From: the human T2T-CHM13v2.0 reference genome, Homo sapiens
Direction: 5' to 3' (one strand)
NCBI RefSeq assembly: GCF_009914755.1
Contig: NC_060947.1
Length of the DNA: 64,000 nucleotides
Shown here: piece after piece, positions 13,738-26,306 of the stretch
How positions within the stretch are numbered: the first letter of the stretch is position 1
Layout of the letters: the number at the start of each line of letters is the position of its first letter
Program-made: the position numbers and the translations under genes
Notes under the pieces: model-generated
Told to the model about the DNA's origin: nothing
Seen by the model: only the letters and a program-made list of their open reading frames with translations
The model's database searches: none

Positions 13738-16095
13738 TGATATTGTTTGGATATGTGTCCCTTTCCAAATCTCATGTTGAATTGTAATCCCTAGTGTTGG
13801 AGGAGGAGACTGGTGGGAGGTGTTTGAATCATGGAGGCAAATTTCTCCTTTGCTGTTCTTGTGATAGTGAATGATTTCTCACTAGATCTGGTTGTTTAAA
13901 AGTGTATCACCTCCCACTTCTCTCTCTCTTTCTCTTTCTCCAGCCATGTAAGACGTGCCTTCTTCCTCTTTACCTTTTGCCATGATTGTGTGTTTCCTGA
14001 GGCCTCTCCAGCGTGCTTCCTTTATAGCCTGTGGAATCATGAGTCAATTAAACCTCTTTTCTTTATGAATTACTAAGTCTCAGCGAGTTATTTATAGCAT
14101 TGTGAAAACAGACTAATACATTTGGGAGCAGAGAAGTGGGGCATTGCTATAAAGATAACTAAAAATGTGGAAGCAACTTTGCAACTGGGCAATGGGCAGA
14201 GGTTGGAAAGTTTGAAGGTCTCGTAAGGTAGGAAGATGAGGGAAAGTTTGAAACTTCCTAGAGACTCGTTGAATGGTTGTGACCAAAGTGCTGATAGTTA
14301 TGTGGACAGTGAAGTCCAGGCTGAGGTAGTCTCAGGTGGAGATGGGAAACTTATTGGGAACTGGAGTAAATGTCACTCTTGCTGTGCTTTAGTATCCAGA
14401 CTGACAACATTGCTCCCCTGCTCTTTGGGATCTTTGAACTTGAGAGAGATAATTGAGGATATGTGGTGGAAGAAATTTCTAAGCAGCAAAGCATTCAAGA
14501 CATGGCCTGGCTGCTCCTTACAGCATCAGCTCCTATTCGTGAGCAAAGAGATTTTCTGAACCTGGAACTAACATTTAAAAATGAAGCAGAGCATAAAAAT
14601 TTGGGAAATATCAAGCTTAACCACGTGGTAGAAAAGAAAACCCAATTTTCTGGGAAAGAATTCAAGGCTGCAGAAATTTGCGTAAGTAAAGAGAAGCCGA
14701 AGGTTAATAGTTAAGACAATGGAGAAAATGCCTCCAGGGCATTTCAGTGACCTTTGTAGCAACCCCTCCCATCACAGGACTGGAAGCCTAGGAGGGAAAA
14801 AAATGATTTTCTGGGCCAGACCCAGGGCCCTGCTGCTCCGTACAGCCTCAGGACATGGCGCTTTGCATCCCAGCTGCTTTAGCTTTAGCTGTGGCTAAAA
14901 AGGACCAAGCTACAGTTTGGTCCCTGGCTTCAGAGGCTGCAAGCCCCAGGCCTTGGCTGCTTCCATGTAGATTAAGCCTGCGGGTGTGCAGTGGACAAGA
15001 GTTGAGACTTGGGAGCCTCCCCATAGATTTCAGAGGATGTGTGGAAATGCCTGGATGTCCAGACCGAAGTCTGCTTCAGAGGTAGAGCCCTCATGGAGAA
15101 CCTCTACTTGGGCAGTGCATAGGGGAAATGTGAGAGGTTGGATCCCCCACACAGTTTCCACTGAGACACTGCCTAGTGGAGTTGTGAGAAAAAGACCACT
15201 GTCCTCAGAACCTAGAATGGTAGAACCACAGACAGCTTGCACCATGCACCTGGAAGGGCTGCAGACACTCAACACCAGCCTGTGAAAGCAGCTACAGGGT
15301 TTGTACCTTGCAGAGCCACAGGGGCTGAGCTGCCCAAGGCCGTGGGGAGCCCTTCCTTCTTCGTATCAGTGTGCCCTGGATATGAGTCCTAGTGTCAAAG
15401 AAGGTTATTTGGGAGCCTTAAGATACAATGACTGCCCTGCTGAGTTTCAGACTTGCATGGGGTCTGTAGTCCCTTTGTTTTGGCCAATTTCTCCCTTTTA
15501 GAAAGGGACTATTTATCCAACGCCCATATCCTTATTGTATCCTGCAAATAACTAACTTGTTTTTTATTTTACAGGCTTATAGGCATAAGGGACTAGTCTT
15601 TTCTCAGATGAGACTTTGGACATTAACTTTTGAATTAATACTGAGATAAATTAAGACTTGGAGGACTGTTGAGAAGGAAGAATTGTATTTTGCAATATGA
15701 GAAGAACATGAAGTTTGGCAGGGGCCAGGGGTGGAATAATATGATTTGAATTTGTTTCCCCACCTGAATCTCATGTTGAATTGTCATCCCTAGTGTTGGA
15801 GGAGGGGCCTGGTGGGAGGTGATTGGATCATGGGGGTGGATTTTCCTCTTGCTTTTCTTATGACAGTGAGTGATTTCTCATGAGATCTGTTTATTTAAAA
15901 GTATACCTCCTTCTTCACTCTCTCTTCCTCCTTATCTGGCCATGTAAGATGTGCCTCCTTCCTTTTTGCCTTCTGCTGTAAGTTTCCCGAGGCCTCCCCA
16001 GCCATGCTTCCTGTACAGACTGTGGAACCATGAACCAATTAAACCTTCTTTCTTTATAAAATACCCAGTCTCAAGTGTGAGACTGGACTAATGAA
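13738..16095 (+). mobile_element. Complete MST (MSTA/B) MaLR element: 5' LTR 13738-14120, internal 14121-15736, 3' LTR 15737-16095
   Basis: Two homologous LTRs; internal region typical of THE1/MST-int; purine tract ggcaggggccaggggtggaa before 3' LTR; perfect TSD attac (13733-13737, 16096-16100). Confidence 0.93.
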
Positions 16096-16469
16096 ATTAC
16101 CATAAGCGTAGGAAATGGTGGTAGAGCTGAAATGTTAGGTATTCTGGCTGATGGAAAAAGCATACATATGAAGCTCTTAGTTTATATCTTTAACAATATG
16201 AAGAATGACACACCGTATCTTTGATAATCTTTGTTCCATACTTTAGAAATAACACTTCAATTTGTGTTGAACTTAGAACGTATTTCAGGACAATAAGACA
16301 TCAGAAGCAGGTAACAGAAATAGAGGTCAGGGTAAACTGTGCCTACAATGTTTCCAAAAGTTCTCAAACCAATGAAAACAGCTGGAATGCTAAAATTAGG
16401 AATTATAATGCTAATAATTTCTTTAATAATCACTGCTATCACTAGAGATATTACAATTCATAGTGAAGG

Positions 16470-16745
16470 TAACAGAGTATGGTAGTTAGGAGAGGGTTGA
16501 TGAAGGCAGAGTGTCTGTGTTCAAATCCTAGTGTTTTAAATGACTGCCTGTGTCACTGTGGGCAAGTTATTTAACACCTCTTCATCTCAGATTTTTTAAA
16601 TCTGAAAAAATGTGGATGTTGATACCAGACCCTCAAAGTTGTGAGGATTAAATAAGATAACATGAAGAGTAATCAATATCTAGCACTTAGTAAGAATGCT
16701 GCTACTACCAGTGTTGTTGTTGTTATTGCTTTTCTTGTAATTATA
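16470..16745 (+). mobile_element. MIR (MIRb-like), near full length
   Basis: gttcaaatcctag...ctgtgtcactgtgggcaagttatttaac...gttgtgaggattaaataagataa. Confidence 0.8.
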
Positions 16746-17147
16746 ATTACTATTAGGGAAGGCTGATGCAAAGAAGAAATAAAATGTTAGCTAAACTGGG
16801 AGTTAAGAATATGTGTAGTTATAGGGAAGCTAAATTTAAAGTACCAAGTGAATTGTTAATGGTCCATTTAAAACAAAACAGAAAGCAATGTTAGAACCAT
16901 TTGGCATTGTAAGTTTTCCTGGTATGAGTGATGTGCAAGGAATCAATTACACTAGCACAGTTAGTATTGAGACTAGGAAATAAGTGTCTAGGATTTTGTG
17001 GCTAGCATGTAACAGGCACTTAGTAGCTTTTTAAAAATGAATTGATGAACAAGTAAGCAAAAGAAAAAATGAAGTAAGACTACTCAAACATAAACGTCCA
17101 CTTTGAGGAGTAATGAAAAAATTAGTGAATATGAACTCTATTAGAAA

Positions 17148-17806
17148 CCAGAGCAAGAGAAAGAAATAAAAGGCATCCAGATAGGAAAATAAGAAGTGAA
17201 ACCATCTTTCTTCACTGATGATGTAATTCTTTACTTAGAAAACTCTAAAGACTCTGCCAGAAGTCTACTAGAACTGATACATGATTTTCACAAGGTTTCA
17301 GGATACAAAATCAGTGTACAAAAATCAGTATAATTTCTTATTTAAAATTGATTTTTACTTTTAATTTTTGTGGGTACGTAGTACATGCACACATTTATAG
17401 GGTACATGGGATGTTTTTATACAGGCATGCAATGTGAAATAAGTGCATTGTGAAGAATGGGCTATCCATTCATCAACCATTTATCCGTTGAGTTGCAAAC
17501 AACTTAATTACACATTTTAAGTTATTTTAAAATGTACAATTAAGTAATTATTGTATATAGTCACCATATTGTGCTATAAAATAGTAGACCTCATTTATTT
17601 TTTCTATTTTTTGTACCTGTTAACTATCCCCACCTCCTGCATAAGCCCCCCAATACCATTTCTATGCACTAATAACATCCAGGCTGAGAGTCAAGTTAAG
17701 AACACAATTTCATTTGCACTAGACACAAAGAAAATAAAATATCTAGGAATATAGCTGATCAAAAAGATAAAAGATCTCCACAAGGAGAACTATAAAACAC
17801 TGCTAA
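17148..17806 (+). mobile_element. L1 ORF2 (RT region) fragment, split by a nested L1MA 3' end
   Basis: gcaagagaaagaaataaaaggcatccagataggaa...ggatacaaaatcagtgtacaaaaatcagt, resumes 17658 atttctatgcactaataac. Confidence 0.85.
17339..17657 (-). mobile_element. L1MA (MA2/3-like) 3' end
   Basis: ttttaatttttgtgggtacgtagtac...gggtacatgggatgtttttatacaggcatgcaatgtg; flanks atttct at 17333-8 and 17658-63. Confidence 0.8.
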
Positions 17807-17809
17807 ACC

Positions 17810-19909
17810 TTAACTCCATGACCTCACTTTTTAAATCTTGTTGTTTTTAATTATATCTTATTGCACTGACTGTGTCTTGGAAAGTTGTAGCTATTATTTT
17901 TGATTGGTTCATCTTTTAGTCTTTCTAATTTGGATATCGGCAGTTTACAAACCACTGTTACAGTTACTATATTGTGTTTTTTGGTGTATTTATTATTACC
18001 AGTGAGTTTTGTACTTTCAAGTGATTATTTATTGTTCATTAATGTCCTTTTCTTTGTGGTCGAAGTACTCTCTATAGCATTTCTTATAGGACAGGTTTGG
18101 TGTTGATGAAATTCCTTCGGTTTTGTTTGTCTGGGAAAGTTTTTATTTTTCCTTCATACTTTAAGGATATTTTCACCAGATACAGTATTCTAGGGTAAAA
18201 GCTTTTTATTCTTCCGTATTTTAAGCATGTCATGCCACTCTCTCCTGGCCCGTAAAGTTTCCACTGAAAGTCTGCTGCCAGACATATTGGAGCTCTATTT
18301 TATGTTATTTGTTTATTTTCTCTTGCTGCTTTTAGAATATTTTCTTTATCACTGACCTTGGGGAGCTTTATTATTAAATGCCCTGAGGTAGTCTTCTTTC
18401 TGTTAAATCTGCTTGGTGTTCTATAACTTTCTTGTACTTGGATATTGACATCTTTCTTTAGGTTTGGGAATTTCTCTGTTATTATCCCATTGAATAAACT
18501 TTCTACCCTATCTTTTTCTCTGCTTCCTCTTTAAGGCCAATAACTCGCCCATTTACTTGTTTGAGGCTATTTTTCTAGAGTCTTTAGGTATGCTTTCTTT
18601 TTTTTCTTTTCTTTTCTCTGACTGTGTGTTTTCATATAGCCTGTCCTCAAGCTCACTAATTCTTTCTTCCACTTGATCAATTCTACTATTAAAGGGCTGT
18701 GATGCATTCTTCAGTATGACTATTCCATTTTTCAGTTCTAGAATTTCTGCTTGATTCTTTTTAAAAATATTTTGATCTCTTTGTTAAATTTATCTGTAGA
18801 ATGTGGAATTCTTTCTCTGTGTTATCTTCAGTTTCTTTCAATTTTCTCAACACAGCTATTTTGAATTCTCTATCTGAAAAGTCACATATCTGTTTCTCCA
18901 GGGTTGGTTTCTGGGGGCTTATTTACTTCATTCTGTGAGGTCGTGTTTTCCTGGATGGCTTTGATCTTAGTAGATGTTATTAGATGTTATTTGGTGTCTG
19001 GGCATTGAATAGTTAGGTATTTATTGTGGTCTTCAACATCTGGGCTTATTTGTAGCTGCCCTTTTTGGGAACAATTTTAATATATTTGAAAGGACTTGGG
19101 TGTTGTGATATATGCTGTATCTGCTTTAGGGGGCACCTCAAGCCCAGCAATAATGTGGTTCTTGCACACTGGTAAGAGGTACCACCTTGATGGTCTTGGT
19201 CAAGATCCAGGAAAATTCTTTGGATTACCAGGAAGAGACTCTTGTTCTCTTCTCTCACATTCTCCCAATCATACAAAGTCTCTCTTTCTATTCTGAACCA
19301 CCTAAAGCAGAGGGTGGAGCGATACAAGCACCTCTGTTGCCATCACCACTATGACCATGCTGCATCAGACCTGAAGCCAGCACAGTGCTTGATTTTGCCC
19401 AAGTACTGCTGTAACCACTCCCTGGCTACTGCCTATGTTTTCTCCAGGCCCTGGCCTTACACAATCAACAGGTGGCAAAGCCAGCCAGGCCTGTGTCCTT
19501 CCCTTCAGGGTGACAAGATCCCCCCAGCCCTGGGTGGATCCAGAAGTGCAGTCTGGGAGTCAGGACCTAGAGTCAAAAACTTTAGAAGCGGCACCCAAAC
19601 CACAGGATGCAGTCCTTCCCACTCTTCCATCTCCTTTCCAAACGCAGAGGAGCCTCACCCCATAGTCACTGCCAACCCCAGCCACAAGGAGTACTGCCAG
19701 ATTACCACTGATGTTCCTATAAGGCCCGAGGTCTCTTATGTCAGCTTGTGGTGAATGCTGCCTGGCCTGGGACTCACCCTTCAGGGTAGTAGTCTCCCTT
19801 CTGGCCCAGGGAATGCCCAGAAGTGCCATCTAAGATTTAAGTTCTAGAATCAGGGACCCCAAGGGCCTGCTTTTTGCTCTAACCGCCCCTACCCCGCCCA
19901 TCACCACCA

Positions 19910-19946
<37 letters not shown>

Positions 19947-20660
19947 GTGGCCATGCTGGTACCTAAGGTGCAAGACAAAGTCCCATTTACTTTTCCTTTT
20001 GCTTTTCTGAAGCAGGAGGAGTTTTGCCCCATAGCTACCACAGCTGGTAATAAGTTGAGTTTCACCTGAAGCCAGCAATTCTCAGAGGCTCACCAAACTC
20101 TTTCAGTGTAGGACCTGGGTATCGCTGCTGGTTATTCAGGGCCCAAGAGCTCTTCAGTTAGCAGATGATGAATGCTGCCAGGACTTGGTCTTCTCCTTCA
20201 AGGCAGTGCGTTTTCTTCTGGCCCAGGGTGTGTCCGGAAACATTGTCCGGGAGGTAGGGCCTGCAAATTATTGTCTGAGAGCTAGGGCCCCCATGGAGGC
20301 CTCGTGACTCTCATAAGTGCCCTATCCTGCTGTGACTGAGCTGGTAACTTATTTGCAAGACAAAGTCCTCCCCACTCTTTCGTCTCCTTCCCTCAAGGTA
20401 AAAGAAAGGGGTCTCTTTTGGATTCGCAGACTGTGCATCCTGAGAGTCGTGATGCCAGTACTCCCTTGGCTGCCCCAGCTGGCTAGTGTCTCAGCATGTC
20501 CTATGCCCACTCAGTCCACTGTCTCTAGGCCTAGTTTAGCACTAGGAATAGCCTAAGAATTGCAGTCCTTATGGGCTAGACTGCCTTTCAAGTTTAATTG
20601 AAGACACATGTTGATGTAGCCCTCAGTGTCAAGGTTTGCAGACACTCAAGTTTAGACTTG
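17810..20660 (-). mobile_element. L1M1/L1M2-type 5' portion (5'UTR about 18900-20660, decayed ORF1 about 17810-18900)
   Basis: ORF1 antisense (tctctcctggcccgtaaagtttccactgaaagtctgctgccagac; ttcagttctagaatttctgcttgattc) then GC-richer repetitive 5'UTR containing (CA)n at 19910-19945. Confidence 0.8.
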
Positions 20661-21009
20661 ATTTAGAAAAAGTTTATCAAAAAATGCAGAGACTCATGAT
20701 CACCTAGCTAAAGACTGCTGTTATGCCTGGAGAAGAGGAGTTAATGGGCCAGAGAAAATTACACAAGGGTCTCCACTGAATCAGTAACATTTTATTTCTA
20801 AATAGTAAAACAAGATCAAATAAAAATTTTAGTCAATTATGGCTAAATGACAATATATATCAAAAGTGTGGGAGGAGTATGAATGTTCATTAAAATATTA
20901 TCTCTGTCCCCTGTAAGTCTCAAATCGTTTATTACTATGGAAACTAATTTTTTTAATATAAAAAATCTACATTATCATTTTAATTTTAAAAATTAAACAT
21001 TATTGACTG

Positions 21010-21393
21010 TGCTATGGACTGAATTGTGTCTCCCTGCTCAAATTCACATGTTGAGGCTTTAGCCTCCCCCTCCATTCCACCCATGAAACTATATTGGAGG
21101 TAGGGCCTTTAAGGATGTTAAAGGAAGTTTTAAGGGTAGAGCACAAATCCAGTGGAACCGGTGCCCTTATGAAAAGAGGAAGACACACCAGAGATCTCTC
21201 TCCATTATATGAAGACACAGCAAGAAGGTAGTAAGTCAGGAAGAGGATCCTCACCCAAACCCAACATTGCTAATACCCTGGTTTGGGACTTCCAGCCTCC
21301 AGAACTGCTCCAGAACTGTGAGGAATCAATTTTTGTTGCTTAAAACATCTGGTATGTGATACTTTGTTATGGCAGCCTGAGCCAACTAAAGCA
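21010..21393 (+). mobile_element. MLT1A-type MaLR solo LTR
   Basis: tgctatggactgaattgtgtctccc ... tttgttatggcagcctgagccaactaaagca; perfect TSD gactg (21005-9, 21394-8). Confidence 0.9.
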
Positions 21394-22941
21394 GACTGTA
21401 TGGCCACTATATATATATGCATGGCACAGGTATAGATATTTGTGTTGATATGCTTGAACACATACAGGTACTTCTGCATGCTTTTCCGCATCTGTATATG
21501 TGCGCATGTGCGTACACACATATGTTCAACTGTAGTACTATATAAAAATACTGTACACACACACACACAGAGATATTGGTTAAATCTGATATAAGAAATT
21601 TTCTGAAGTAGAATGTGTTGATATTTCCTTACACCATCATGATTATTTCACATTCTCTCCAGTGAATGCATATTCGTTTTATAAATCAGAATAACTTTTT
21701 AAAATTTATCAATTTACTGATATGGATATTTTGCTTATACTAACTAAACATTCAGATAGCAATGGCAAATAAGAAACTGAGCTCACCTAGTTACGGAAGT
21801 GACAAAAATTATAAAAGTTCAACTGGATATTAAGTAGCTATGGATTCAGTTTGTGGATAATGATTATACTTATGAACCTTAGTAAGGAGTGAAAATGAGA
21901 TTTTTTTTTCTCCCTAAGGAAAGAGAGGATAGATTATTATTTGCATGAAAAAAATCCTCTGAAACTTTTTGCATTAAATCATGAAAGCATTATTTCTGGG
22001 ATTTAGCAAGCAAATTAGAAAGCCTATTACATAAATGCCTTTCTCTGATAAGGCAAATATAATAATCTTCTTTATGAGAATGGCTCATCCTGAGCTTGAT
22101 TTCCAAAGACAATATCAGAAAGAATTCCCAAGGGCTAGACGCTTTTTATTTTGTAGGTTGACCTTCCTACCTACTCGTGTGTGCTCTGGAATCTCTGCTA
22201 AAGTAAGCATCTCTATTAATAAACTTAATTTCCAATTAATATAGCCGACTGAGCTGATGCGGAAAATGATCCTCACCCTGCTACTGAAAGGACAGAAAAA
22301 TGCAGAATAAATTATTATATTAAATAGTAATCAGCAGATCCTGAAAGCAAAGGACATATCTGTGTGCCAGGAGAAAGGAAAAAAAAAATTAAAGCCAAAG
22401 TGTTGATTCCAAAGTGGTGAACCGTAGCTAAGAATGGAAAGTCTGCATCAGATTAGAATGATGTTTTTCAGTACAGGTTTGAGGTTGTGACTCCCCTGTC
22501 ATGACCAAGGTAGGGAATGCTGTGGAGGCTGTAGGTCCAGGTTGCGGAGATCCGGAATTGTGCTCTTTGCATAAAACCTTGAGCTAGGCAGGGCTGCCCT
22601 GTGAAATGTAAAACAAAACCTTAACCAGATGGCCTTTGGATACAGGAAAGCGACTGATTGCCCTTAGTCACTTATGTGGAAAGGGTAATTTATTAGTAGT
22701 CAAAATCACAAACCTCTCCCATACACAGGCAATGAGGTCCAAATACTCACTACCCACGAAGTGTGAGAACTCAAAGACTATAAGGTTAAAACCAGTCCAT
22801 AATAAGTGAAATCTGTTCAGGCCCAGAGAAGCAAATATGGAACTGTCTCATACAGTTGCCTCCCTGGCTAGGGCAGGAAATATTCCAATCGAAAACAACT
22901 CCCACTGAAATACAACTCAGAATTTTAAAAATGCAAAGGAA

Positions 22942-23070
22942 AGCTGGGCATGGTGGCTGGTGCCTGTAATCTCAGTTACTCTGGAGGCTGAGGTGGGAGG
23001 TTCCCTTGAGTCCAGGAGTTCCAGACCAGCCTGAGCGACCTAGTAAAACCCCATCTCTCTCTCAAAAAAA
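22942..23070 (+). mobile_element. FLAM (free left Alu monomer)
   Basis: Single 7SL-derived arm with A tail; flanks tttaaaaatgcaaagg/tttaaaaaatacaaagg. Confidence 0.85.
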
Positions 23071-24310
23071 ATTAAATTTAAATTTAAAAAATACAAAGGG
23101 AAAAAAATCGCCATTAGATTTAGTGGAGAAACCCCACAGGAGAGTTCACATGGTGGGAAACAGACATTAGTGTTCCATGAAAGATACTAAAACACTCAAA
23201 GAGATAAATAAAAAAAGATTTAGTTTAATTGACTAAAGATTTTTTAATATGAAACACTCTATTAACGCTTGTGTCTGCACCAGGTGATATAAAAGGTTTT
23301 GTCTTTTTTATTTTTATTTTTAACCTGAGATATAGTCACAGACAATAAGACACTTAAAATTTACTGAAGGAAAAAATAGCTCATATATTTGAAATGTATT
23401 AAAGTTTTCTCTATATATCTTATCTAACTATTCACAACATATGTACAAATATGTGTAAGTAAAAATGTATGCGTGTATAGTGTGAAATTATATGTAATTA
23501 TATCTGTCTATCTATCTTTATTAACCTCTATGTATCTTTGTGTCTACCTATGAATCTCTTGATCTCTCTGTCTGGGGGATATAGTTATACTGGGGAAGAG
23601 AGAGTGTGAGACAGAGAGATAGGAAGACAAAAAGGAGATAGAGATGAGATGCAAAAAATAACAGGAATAAAAATACAGAGAAAGTAAGACATAAGTGTGA
23701 AAGGAGGGAGGGAAAGTAAAATATTTAATTTTGTCTAATTAAATCAAGAACAAAATCACAAATCATGAAAGTGTGAAATATTACTCAGCTAGTCTACTCA
23801 TATGGAAAATAAGAAGCCATTTTCTTTAGATTAGGCAATACACTATGTTTGGCATAAATAAATAGAACTTCATACACAAGAAATATGTGACGTTACTAGC
23901 AGTATTCATTCAGCATACCATCTTTCTTCTTTCTCTCATTCAAGATTACTGTCATATCAGATGGACTTCCACCAATGAAATATCAATTTCTCTTTCCCCC
24001 TTTTGTATTTCTTGCTCCAGTTCTTGAATTGTAGTTGACAGAATCAGGTCTCCGAGCAATATAGAAAAATTACAATGGAATAAAAATCACATTACATGCT
24101 GATAAGATGTTTATACTAATTTTTAAAAAAGAATTCTAAAGCATTTAGAAATGATCACTATTTGTATTTTTTTTTTTTACTAACAGAATGGTTAACTTTG
24201 CTTAGACATTTTGCACTTGCATAGTTGCATGTCTATCAACGTAAGGGAATACATTTTAAAAGAAGTTGATAACATTAAACAGTAAATTTTGTTATTTAAA
24301 AGCAACTGCA

Positions 24311-24597
24311 AGTTGGATGTGGTGCTCATACCTGTAATGCCAGCACTTTGGAAGGCTGAGATGAGAGGATTGCTTGAGGCCAGGAGTTAGAGACCAGCTT
24401 GGGCAACATAGCAAGCCTATGTCTACACAAAATTAAAATTATTAATTGGGCATGTTGACTTGAACCTGTAGTCCAGGTGCTAGGGAGGCTAAGAAGGGAG
24501 GATCACTCAAGACCAGGAGTTCAAGGCTGCTGTGAGCTATGATCAGGCCGCTTCACTTCAATCTGGGTGACAGAGCAAGACTCCGTCTCAAAAAAAA
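24311..24597 (+). mobile_element. AluJ
   Basis: J-type features (aggattgcttgaggccaggag, gttcaaggctgctgtgagctatgat); flanks aaaagcaactgca/aaaagcaatttca. Confidence 0.9.
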
Positions 24598-24804
24598 GCA
24601 ATTTCAAAATGAGACTGTGAGTGATTGATTATATTTTGATAGATTTCCAAATTAAAACATAAGTATCCTATTTTTAAAATAGCACACTACTAGCGTTGGC
24701 ATCTAAACAAGATAGTAGTTTTATGATACAATTTTTAATTTTTTATAAATTAGTAGATTAATAAATATGTCCAGTAATTATAAAAGATGTAACTAGAAAC
24801 CATG

Positions 24805-24880
24805 GTTCAGTAAGCCATCTGGTTAAAAATATTTTGTCATCTTTATTACAATTTTGAATATACCCTATCGTTTTCTGGAA
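24805..24880 (-). repeat. Local inverted repeat, arm 1 (partner 26051-26130)
   Basis: Reverse complement ttccagaaaacgatagggtatattcaaaattgtaataaagatgacaaaatatttttaaccagatggcttactgaac. Confidence 0.9.
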
Positions 24881-25634
24881 ATGGGAAAATGCAATTTCTA
24901 GAAGAGGACCACCTATAAAATTAAGTACCATAACTTCCTCGTTTCTCAATGTCTGTTTTCTTAATTCAAGGGCAAAAAGAAATTTTATAAGCAATATGTT
25001 TCACCATCCACTTTCAGCCATTTCATTTAAGCTATGAGCTTCTGATTTTTATTCATTAAAGGAAAAGGATATGTCCAGAGGAATACAGCCAAAAAAAAAA
25101 AAAATCGGAACTTAATTGTCTATGTTTCCTTTTAAAGCATTGTTTTATCTTTTAAAGTGAAAAGGTGTTTTATATAAGGAATACTCCAGATGTGAGACAA
25201 AGAGCAGAGTAAATATCAGGAGAGGAATATACTAATATAGATTTCGCATTTAGGATTGTTTGAAACCCATTCTACAGGCAGAAGGAAAGGCCACTCAGGT
25301 ACAAGATGCTCCAGCATATTAGGTGTGTACCTTTATAGAATTGGAAGAATATGATGAAGAGTGTGGAATCATTCGGGCAACTTCTCTGTACCCTTAGTTC
25401 AAGATTGAGTGTAGAGAAGCAGCTATGTGAGTGGAGAAAACCTGGCCTGCCAATGAGTAAACATTCAATAACTCTTCCCAACTTCACCTTAATCAGGTGC
25501 AATGTAGTATTTCATAATAGTCTCTTTCTACACAGTTTCTGTACAGATAAACTTTCCAAGCAAACAAAAGAAGGAGGAATAGAAGAAGGCAGAAATATGC
25601 TCAAAAAATACCACCCTGGATTTCTTTTTAAAAA

Positions 25635-25636
<2 letters not shown>

Positions 25637-25668
<32 letters not shown>

Positions 25669-25755
25669 TATATTACAGCCTTCCAGTTTTTAGGAAGAAA
25701 TCCAGGATGGTATTCCAGCGCTAAGAATATCTATATATATCTATCTGTCTATCTA

Positions 25756-25804
<49 letters not shown>

Positions 25805-25952
25805 CTTGGCTTAATATTATGGCACAAAGATTACTCTTGGCTTAATGTACCAGGTCCATATATTATATATAATATATATGTATATGTATATATATATGTA
25901 TATATGTGCATGTATATATATGTGTGTGTGTGTGTATGTATGTATGTGTGTG

Positions 25953-26024
<72 letters not shown>

Positions 26025-26164
26025 GTCCATGTATATGGACCCAAGATATATTCCCAAGAAAAGATGGGGTATATTCAAAATGTAATAAAGATGACAAAAC
26101 ATATTTTTTAAGAAGACAGCTTACTGAAACTTTTATATTATGTGTTATATATATATATGGACCT

Positions 26165-26200
<36 letters not shown>

Positions 26201-26306
26201 TATATTATACTTATTTAGGATCATCCCAGTAAAGTCTACAAGGACGAGGTCAGATAAGGAGACATATTATCAGGTTAGGGTACACACACACACACACACA
26301 CACACG
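25637..26306. repeat. Microsatellite cluster: (TG)n 25637-25666 and 25757-25800, compound (TA/TG)n 25858-26021, (TA)n 26146-26198, (CA)n 26282-26306
   Basis: Read directly. Confidence 0.95.
26051..26130 (+). repeat. Local inverted repeat, arm 2 (partner 24805-24880), between (TA)n tracts
   Basis: ttcccaagaaaagatggggtatattcaaaatgtaataaagatgacaaaacatattttttaagaagacagcttactgaaac. Confidence 0.9.

Noticed and set aside
19242-19754. 170-aa plus-strand ORF
   Set aside because: Antisense to an old L1 5'UTR, non-ATG start, no domain or splice context.
25351-26218. ORFs of 79-164 aa (also 10854-11294, 52034-52243)
   Set aside because: Open only because dinucleotide repeats lack stops; peptides are CV/YI/HT repeats.
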